The notes below the pieces were generated by a model. That model made no database searches. It saw only the letters and a program-made list of their open reading frames with translations, and was not told the DNA's origin. 64,000 bases of DNA from Syntrophales bacterium (GTDB taxonomy: Bacteria; Desulfobacterota; Syntrophia; Syntrophales; PHBD01), in the NCBI GenBank assembly GCA_963668175.1, contig OY764159.1, forward strand, positions 384,001 to 448,000. Reading direction: 5' to 3'. Shown here piece by piece: positions 57,888-64,000 of the stretch. How positions within the stretch are numbered: position 1 is the stretch's first letter; every line of letters starts with the position of its first letter. Position numbers and translations under genes: made by a program.

Positions 57888-58445
57888 ATGCATATTCTCG
57901 AAAGAATCAATTTGTACCTTAACCGTTATCTGCTCATGATCGGCGGCATCGCCGTCCTGGCCCTCATGGCCCTGGCCACGGGAAACGTCGTCCTTCGCCT
58001 TTTCCAAATGCCTTACGCGGGAACCTATGAATTCGTGTCGTTTCTCGGTGCGATCGTCACGGCTTCGGCCCTCGGCTATACGCAACTGAAAGGGGACCAC
58101 ATCATCGTCGATATCCTGTCGGATCACTTTCCCGGACCGCTGAAGAGCATCGCCGACGCCCTCTCCTCCTTTATCAGCGCCATTTTCTTCACCATCGTGT
58201 CCTGGCAGATGTTTGTCTGGGGCATGAAGCTCGCGGAATCGGGAGAGCTTTCCGAAACGCTCAAGGTGGTCTATCACCCCTATGTGTACTGCGTCGCGGT
58301 GGGTTTTGCCACACTGTCCCTAACTTGTGCGATCGACGTCATGGCCATATTGCGGAAACGCGCTCAGGTGCCCGCCGGTACAGAATCAGCGATACAGCAA
58401 TCCGGTTTGGGCTTCAGTGAAAGCCCCAGGGAGGAACGGTCATGA
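57888..58445 (+). CDS. dctQ: TRAP transporter small permease
   Basis: Four TM helices, NVVLR, HIIVD. Confidence 0.9.
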   Translation: MHILERINLYLNRYLLMIGGIAVLALMALATGNVVLRLFQMPYAGTYEFVSFLGAIVTASALGYTQLKGDHIIVDILSDHFPGPLKSIADALSSFISAIFFTIVSWQMFVWGMKLAESGELSETLKVVYHPYVYCVAVGFATLSLTCAIDVMAILRKRAQVPAGTESAIQQSGLGFSESPREERS

Positions 58446-59749
58446 GCGAATCCATGGTAGGCGTTATCGGCATCCTGGTCATGTTTGCCACCTTGTTTTT
58501 CCTGAGGATACCGGCCGGCTTTACCATGGCCGTCGTCGGCTTTTTCGGAATTGCCTACGTGACATCCTTCCAGGCCGCCTTCGGCATGATCGGCTCCGAG
58601 ATGTGGAGTATCTTCTCCAACTACGGCCTGACGGTTATTCCGATGTTCATTCTGGTCGGCGAAATCGTGCATTACGCCGGCTACAATGACAGCCTCTATC
58701 ATGCCACCCACCGGTGGTTCGGACATTTCCGCGGGGGCCTGGCCATTACGACGATCATGGCTTCGGCGGCGTTTTCCGCCATCAGCGGCTCCAACACGGC
58801 CACGGCGGCAACCATGAGCAAAGTGGCCATCCCGGCCATGAAGAAATACAACTACCACCCCATCCTGAATGCAGGTTCCGTTGCTGCAGGAGCCACGCTG
58901 GGCGTTCTGATCCCGCCCAGTATCGTCCTCGTCGTTTACGGCCTCTATACGGGGCAGTCCATCGGCAAGCTATTCTTCGGCAACGTCATCCCCAGCGCAA
59001 TTCTCACCGTTTTGATTGCTGCGACCGTCTTTGCCATTTGCGCCCGTCATCCCGATTGGGGACCGGCAGCGGAGAAAAGCACCTGGAAGGAAAGGTTCAA
59101 GGCCCTCCCGGAAGCACTGGACATATTAGTCCTTTTTATCATTATCATGTATGCCCTCTTTACGGGCGTCGTTACGGCGACGGAAGCGGCAGCCCTCAGC
59201 TGCACCCTGGCGCTGATCATCAGCCTGGCCCGCCGGAAGCTCACCTGGGCGGCCTTTCTGTCGTCCATCGAAGATACACTTCGCATCTCCTGCCTGATCT
59301 TCATGATTATCGCCGGGGCCGTTATCTTCGGAAGATTTTTGACGATATCCCGTCTGCCTTATGAGGTCGCATCCTGGATCGGGTCCCTGGCCATGCCCAA
59401 CTGGCTGCTTCTGTCCGTCATCCTCTGCTGCTACATCGTCGGCGGCTGCATCATGGACGCCCTTGCTTTTCTCCTCATATCCCTGCCCATATTCTATCCG
59501 ATCGTGATCGGTATGGGGTACGACCCGATCTGGTTCGGACAGATCATCACGATTGTTACGACCATGGGCTCCATCATGCCGCCCATTGGAATATGCTGCT
59601 ATGTCGTCCACGGCATGGCAAAGGACATTCCCCTGGCCACCGTCTTTCGCGGCGGGTTCTACTACATCCCGTCCTACATCATCGCCATCATCCTGTTGAT
59701 GCTTTCGCCCTATTGGACGGTCTTGGTTTTGTCGGACCTGGTTAAATAG
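58442..59749 (+). CDS. dctM: TRAP transporter large permease
   Basis: VIPMFIL, AISGSNTATA, LIPPSI, TATEAAA, MPPIG. Confidence 0.93.
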   Translation: MSESMVGVIGILVMFATLFFLRIPAGFTMAVVGFFGIAYVTSFQAAFGMIGSEMWSIFSNYGLTVIPMFILVGEIVHYAGYNDSLYHATHRWFGHFRGGLAITTIMASAAFSAISGSNTATAATMSKVAIPAMKKYNYHPILNAGSVAAGATLGVLIPPSIVLVVYGLYTGQSIGKLFFGNVIPSAILTVLIAATVFAICARHPDWGPAAEKSTWKERFKALPEALDILVLFIIIMYALFTGVVTATEAAALSCTLALIISLARRKLTWAAFLSSIEDTLRISCLIFMIIAGAVIFGRFLTISRLPYEVASWIGSLAMPNWLLLSVILCCYIVGGCIMDALAFLLISLPIFYPIVIGMGYDPIWFGQIITIVTTMGSIMPPIGICCYVVHGMAKDIPLATVFRGGFYYIPSYIIAIILLMLSPYWTVLVLSDLVK

Positions 59750-59847
59750 ATCACGTGACGCGCCGACCGACATATAAGGGTTGATCCATTATCGCTTATT
59801 TGATACATGATTGTATCATTGAGTCATTTTCAACTCGAAGGACGGCC

Positions 59848-60192
59848 ATGAACGATCTACTGGAAAGCCGGGATGAAGAGATTGTGGGCGATATGCACCG
59901 GGCGGCGCAGACGATTGTGGAATTCACGGTAGGCGTCAGTTTCGAGCAGTTTATCAGCGACCGGAAACTGCAATTTGCCCTGGAGAGGTTGATCGACATC
60001 ATCGGGCAGGATGCCGTGAATGTATCGGAGGCTTTTCGCAGCCACTATGCCGATATATCCTGGCAGACGTTGATGACGCTCCGTCACGTTCTGGCCATGG
60101 AGGATGGGGCCAAGCAGGAACGCATGTGGGATCTCGTCTCCGTGCAGATACCGGAACTCGCGGCAGAACTGGAATCATTGGCGCCTTACTGA
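59848..60192 (+). CDS. HepT/DUF86-like HEPN protein with a degenerate catalytic motif
   Basis: QFALERLIDIIGQ...ISWQ..LRHVLAM fits the DUF86 pattern, but Rx4H is changed to Rx4M. Confidence 0.75.
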   Translation: MNDLLESRDEEIVGDMHRAAQTIVEFTVGVSFEQFISDRKLQFALERLIDIIGQDAVNVSEAFRSHYADISWQTLMTLRHVLAMEDGAKQERMWDLVSVQIPELAAELESLAPY

Positions 60193-60249
60193 TCTTAAAC
60201 CCTAAAACGGCTGCACCCCATCCACCTGAATAACACCCTCGTCAGAATA

Positions 60250-61566
60250 TTATTTATCCGAAGATAAGGGGACGGAGGGTCTTACGGTCTTCATCGTCTC
60301 GTCCAGCCAATCAAGGATTCTTTCATTGGATAAGACGCCGGCACCGACCTGGCAGTGATCTTCAGCCGCATCCTCCGCGGTAAACATCAGGAACGTCTTG
60401 GGAGACGTCAATGCATTAAAAAATTGCTTTGACTGTCCCGGCATATCGGCATCCTTCTCGGAATCCACGACCAGGACGGGACAGCGGATCTTGCCGATGG
60501 CATCATTCATGTGATAGGAGCGCGTCATCCGGAGCCATTCGCTGGGTGTCCTGGCGCCGAAGGTGAACATGCCGTTGGCCATGGCCCAGCGCGCCGCCGG
60601 ATCCTTCTTCATCATGCCGTAGGCCACGCGGTCGAATACCTTGGCCATGGCGGAATCGTCCAGCATCTTTTCCGGTACCCCCTTGGCATTCTTCATGATG
60701 ACGGCATGGAAGTCGTATACGCCGCCGTTGACGATCAAGGCTTTGATCCGCGGCTCAAAGGCGGCAGCCCGCGGCGCCAGGTAGCCGCCGAAGCTGATGC
60801 CGTAAAGAGCGATCCTCTCCGCATCCACCTCGGGCAGTAGCCCGGCATAGTCGAGGACCGGTGTCAGAACTGTTTCCCAGTTGCTGCGAAAGGGGATTTT
60901 CTGTTCGCGGATGACCCTGCCCTGGCCTGGCCCTTCGAAGATCAGGCAGTTGTAGCCGCGTTCCAGGGCGGCAACCGCCGCCTGGAAATAGAGTTCCTCC
61001 GCCGTCCCGTCGAAACCCGTCTGAATCAACAGCAGAGGCCTTTTGATCCTCGAATCGTCCACCAGACAGAGGTATCCCGGCAGAGACTTCCCTTCGAAGG
61101 GAATCTCCACCGGCCGGATGGGGGTGACGGACAGTCTGGCTCCCTTGATGAAGCATTCCCGGCTCTTCCCCCAACTTCCCAGAATCCGCGGATCGCCGGG
61201 ATTCGTGTGGAGGAAGATTTCCGCCGTCCGGTAATAATTGGCGGCCCGGAAATATTCTTTCTTCGCGCTTAAGAGGCGGCCCTGCGAGAGGAAACGCTCA
61301 GCCGTCTTTTCCCGCAATTCCGCCGCGGCGTACCACTCCCGGTACCAGCTGTTGTCGTCGCCTTCCTTGATGCGATAAATGGTCTTCAAACATTCGCCGA
61401 TATCTGCTCCGCCGTAGACGGCCGAAGACATGGTTCGAAGGGCCTGATTGGCATACAGGGGCTCTTTGAAGTGAAACTTCACCGCCCCGGCTTCGTCACT
61501 TACAGCGAGCATGAAGACTAACACCCCGGTCATACAAATGTATCGAATCGCGCTATTTCCCATCAT
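60250..61566 (-). CDS. Exported alpha/beta hydrolase (FrsA / dihydroxypseudooxynicotine-hydrolase-like)
   Basis: Signal peptide, TGFDGTAEE, EGPGQG, GISFG nucleophile, AEDHCQ; AAGGAG SD before ATG 61566. Confidence 0.87.
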   Translation of the reverse strand: MMGNSAIRYICMTGVLVFMLAVSDEAGAVKFHFKEPLYANQALRTMSSAVYGGADIGECLKTIYRIKEGDDNSWYREWYAAAELREKTAERFLSQGRLLSAKKEYFRAANYYRTAEIFLHTNPGDPRILGSWGKSRECFIKGARLSVTPIRPVEIPFEGKSLPGYLCLVDDSRIKRPLLLIQTGFDGTAEELYFQAAVAALERGYNCLIFEGPGQGRVIREQKIPFRSNWETVLTPVLDYAGLLPEVDAERIALYGISFGGYLAPRAAAFEPRIKALIVNGGVYDFHAVIMKNAKGVPEKMLDDSAMAKVFDRVAYGMMKKDPAARWAMANGMFTFGARTPSEWLRMTRSYHMNDAIGKIRCPVLVVDSEKDADMPGQSKQFFNALTSPKTFLMFTAEDAAEDHCQVGAGVLSNERILDWLDETMKTVRPSVPLSSDK

Positions 61567-61658
61567 ACTCCTTCCCTGTCCCATCATGGATGACACGGAC
61601 GCCTGCTGCAGATATCGGTCAACCCGTTCTTTTTGTGGAAATATCACACCGTAAGCAT

Positions 61659-61687
61659 TTGACAAAGTGCTTTCTTTTTCCTATACA
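61659..61687 (+). promoter_or_regulatory. Sigma-70 promoter; predicted start site at or near the ATG (leaderless)
   Basis: TTGACA-17 bp-TATACA, then 7 nt to ATG 61695, no SD. Confidence 0.65.
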
Positions 61688-61694
61688 CATATTC

Positions 61695-63278
61695 ATGAAA
61701 TCACGTGCCGTACCTGTTCTGGTCGGGGCAGCCCAATACACACAGCATAAAAACGATCGGGGACTTCTGGACCCCCTGGGTCTTATGGTGCAGGCAGGCA
61801 GGCAGGCCCTCGCAGACACCGGTGCAAGCGGGGTGAAATCCCTCATCGATACGGTCTGTGTGGTCAACAGCTTTTCCCGGGACGATGACCGGCTGCCTTC
61901 GTTGCTCGGCAAGGCTCTGGGCATCGAGGCCCGGGATCATATCTATTACCTGATCGGCGGCAATACGCCGCAGTTGCTCGTGAACCGATTCTCCCGCGAT
62001 ATTGCCGCCGGCCGCAGAAGCGGGGTACTGATCACCGGCGCGGAGGCCATCTACGCGATGTACAAAGCCTCCCGCAACGGCCTGGATGAGAATTGGGCGG
62101 ACAACCCGACCTTCAGGCAGGTTACGGCAAACGGACACCCGGTCAATTTCGATACCCTGCTGCACCTCGGCTGCGATCGGGAAAAGCAACTTCTGGGTGA
62201 TGATTACGATGAACCGAACAACAAGATCGAGACGGCCTATGATCTCTTTATGCCCCAGTACATGTACCCATTCTTCGAGACGGCCCTGCGCAATGCTTCC
62301 GGCCGCACCCCTGCGGAACATTTGGACCATTTAGGATGCTGTTACGAACGTATGTCCGCCGTCGCCGCCGGAAACCCGTATGCCTGGAGCCGACAGCGGC
62401 TGCACGGACAGGACATCGCCGTCGCAACGTCCGGAAATCGCTATGTGGTCTATCCCTATACGATCCGGATGGTCGCCAACATCAACGTCGACCAGGCAGC
62501 CGCCCTGATCATGACCGGTGAGCAGGACGCCCGGATCTCGGGGATCGAAGAGAATCGTCTGGTCTATCCCATGGGGGGTGCCGAGTTCAGCAATATCTGG
62601 CATGTATCACGCCGGTCCTGTCTTTACGATTCGCCGGCCATCACGGAGGCCGTTCGCCTATCGCTTAAACAGGCCGGGCTTTCGCTCTCCGATATCGATT
62701 TCTTCGATCTCTACAGTTGTTTCCCGTCGGCGGTGGAGATCGCCCGCCGGGCCGTTGGCATACCGGAAGGCGACCCCCGCGATCTATCCCTCACGGGAGG
62801 TCTCTCCTATTTTGGCGGGCCGGGCAATAACTATTCGCTCCATGCGATTGCCGCCGCCGTGGAGCGGGTCCGTCGGGACCGCCGTTTGAAGGCCATGATT
62901 ACCGCCAACGGCTGGTACAACTCGAAACATGCCGTCGGCATCTACGGCGCCGTCCCTCCCGACAATGCGTGGGAAGACGCCGATCATACCGCCATCCAGA
63001 AGTCCATCAGGGAAACGGCGCTACCGGAACCCGTTGAACGGGCGGACGGATCTCTGACGATCGAGGCCTTTTCGACGAGGTACGATACGGAAGGCCGACC
63101 GGAACGGACCACGGTGATCGGTAAATTGCGGAACGGCAGGAGGGCGTTGGCGGATATTCAGTCGAACGACGCGGAATTGGCAAGACTGATGGAGATCGAA
63201 TTGGTCGGAAAGACCGGAACGGTCCGGTACGATCCATTTTCAGGCCGCAACCGGCTCACCATTGCGCCGGCAAGTTAG
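61695..63278 (+). CDS. Non-canonical thiolase-like protein with an extra C-terminal domain
   Basis: GGNTPQ, NVDQAAALI, DLYSCFP, LTGGLSYFGGPGNNYSLH. Confidence 0.85.
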   Translation: MKSRAVPVLVGAAQYTQHKNDRGLLDPLGLMVQAGRQALADTGASGVKSLIDTVCVVNSFSRDDDRLPSLLGKALGIEARDHIYYLIGGNTPQLLVNRFSRDIAAGRRSGVLITGAEAIYAMYKASRNGLDENWADNPTFRQVTANGHPVNFDTLLHLGCDREKQLLGDDYDEPNNKIETAYDLFMPQYMYPFFETALRNASGRTPAEHLDHLGCCYERMSAVAAGNPYAWSRQRLHGQDIAVATSGNRYVVYPYTIRMVANINVDQAAALIMTGEQDARISGIEENRLVYPMGGAEFSNIWHVSRRSCLYDSPAITEAVRLSLKQAGLSLSDIDFFDLYSCFPSAVEIARRAVGIPEGDPRDLSLTGGLSYFGGPGNNYSLHAIAAAVERVRRDRRLKAMITANGWYNSKHAVGIYGAVPPDNAWEDADHTAIQKSIRETALPEPVERADGSLTIEAFSTRYDTEGRPERTTVIGKLRNGRRALADIQSNDAELARLMEIELVGKTGTVRYDPFSGRNRLTIAPAS

Positions 63279-63424
63279 TACGCGACCGGAACGCCGGCGC
63301 TGAAAAGCCTTGAGATATCCGACACCCGGAGCGGAAGCACGGCAATAACTTCTGAAATTCACGCCTTGCGATCGCTTTGCAGTTTTCCTTGACACCGGTA
63401 ATTTTTCCATCCTATACGGCGGCC

Positions 63425-63826
63425 ATGAAAAAATATGACGTTCCTCAGGATGAGATCCCCATCTTTCACGGCGAAAAGAAGGTGCTGTATGCCGTGGACG
63501 AAACCGGCCGTTACGCCGCAGTCCAAAGCAGCGGTTGGGACGTGGAGAGGGTAGTCCTGGAGCAGGCCCTGGACGACTACGAGCAAAAGGCGGAGGCGGC
63601 AAAGCGGCGAATCAAAGACGGCGAAAGTTCCCCTCTCGAATATTTCATGTACAAGCGCCGGATGGACAGCCGGGTCCTGGCCCAAGCGACGGGCTTTGCG
63701 GGCTGGCGGGTCAAAAGGCACTTAAAGCCTGAACATTTCAATAAACTTAAAGATTCTACCATGCAGGAATACGCCCGGGTCCTCCAGGTTAGTCCCGATG
63801 TCCTGAAGCGTTTTGACGGAGCTTGA
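63425..63826 (+). CDS. Conserved hypothetical protein of a type I associate with dialkylresorcinol/flexirubin-type clusters
   Basis: DVPQD..LYAVDETGRY..SSGW..SPLEYFM..MD..LAQATG..WRVKRHLKP; family assignment is from recall; upstream TTGACA-18-TATACG. Confidence 0.7.
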   Translation: MKKYDVPQDEIPIFHGEKKVLYAVDETGRYAAVQSSGWDVERVVLEQALDDYEQKAEAAKRRIKDGESSPLEYFMYKRRMDSRVLAQATGFAGWRVKRHLKPEHFNKLKDSTMQEYARVLQVSPDVLKRFDGA

Positions 63827-63829
63827 CCT

Positions 63830-64000
63830 TTGGACACGGAGCCCTCATTTGTACACAGACAGGCGGCCCACTGCGAAAGCGGCGTCGTCTCGTCCCTCCT
63901 CAGGAACCGCGGCCTGGACCTGTCGGAAGCCATGGTATTCGGGCTTTCGAGCGCCCTCATGTTTTCCTACCTGCCTTTCGTGAAAATCAACGGCATGCCC
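63830..64000 (+). CDS. BtrH N-terminal-domain (papain-like) protein; 5' part only
   Basis: Manually translated from TTG: MDTEPSFVHRQAAHCESGVVSSLLRNRGLDLSEAMVFGL...YLPF; HCE motif. Confidence 0.75.
   Translation, partial: MDTEPSFVHRQAAHCESGVVSSLLRNRGLDLSEAMVFGLSSALMFSYLPFVKINGMP

Noticed and set aside
1..64000. CRISPR array, transposases, retron or other defence systems
   Set aside because: I saw no repeat-spacer periodicity and no cas, reverse transcriptase or transposase motifs; the only toxin-like gene is the degenerate HEPN.

Overview
A gene-dense bacterial chromosome segment. Gene content (IOR, stand-alone FMN glutamate synthase, sigma-54 systems, many PAS proteins) suggests an anaerobic deltaproteobacterium, possibly Syntrophales-like; this is inference only. 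It carries housekeeping genes (engB, class II aldolase, fbp, carB, purF-like, maf, yggS, suhB, rodZ, tatA, ssb, ade, pyk, phoB-pstCAB-phoU-phoR, tRNA-Gln and tRNA-Glu) and a signalling-rich block after the tRNAs. I see no CRISPR array, integrase or transposase. The strongest observation is an unannotated Trp-Trp-Trp leader peptide with complete 1:2, 2:3 and 3:4 attenuator pairing (54277-54423). It precedes an indolepyruvate:ferredoxin oxidoreductase (iorAB) plus TRAP transporter operon rather than trp genes, which points to a Trp-starvation-induced indole-acid salvage route. Other notable items: an orphan ATP synthase c subunit under a sigma-54/IHF promoter; a secreted superoxide-reductase-like protein paired with a cytochrome b561-like protein; a divergent gltS/carB/purF cluster with no intact glutaminase; an operon encoding a PP2C phosphatase, a binding protein and a sensor-fused MFS; candidate structured RNAs; and the start of a possible dialkylresorcinol-type cluster at the right edge.
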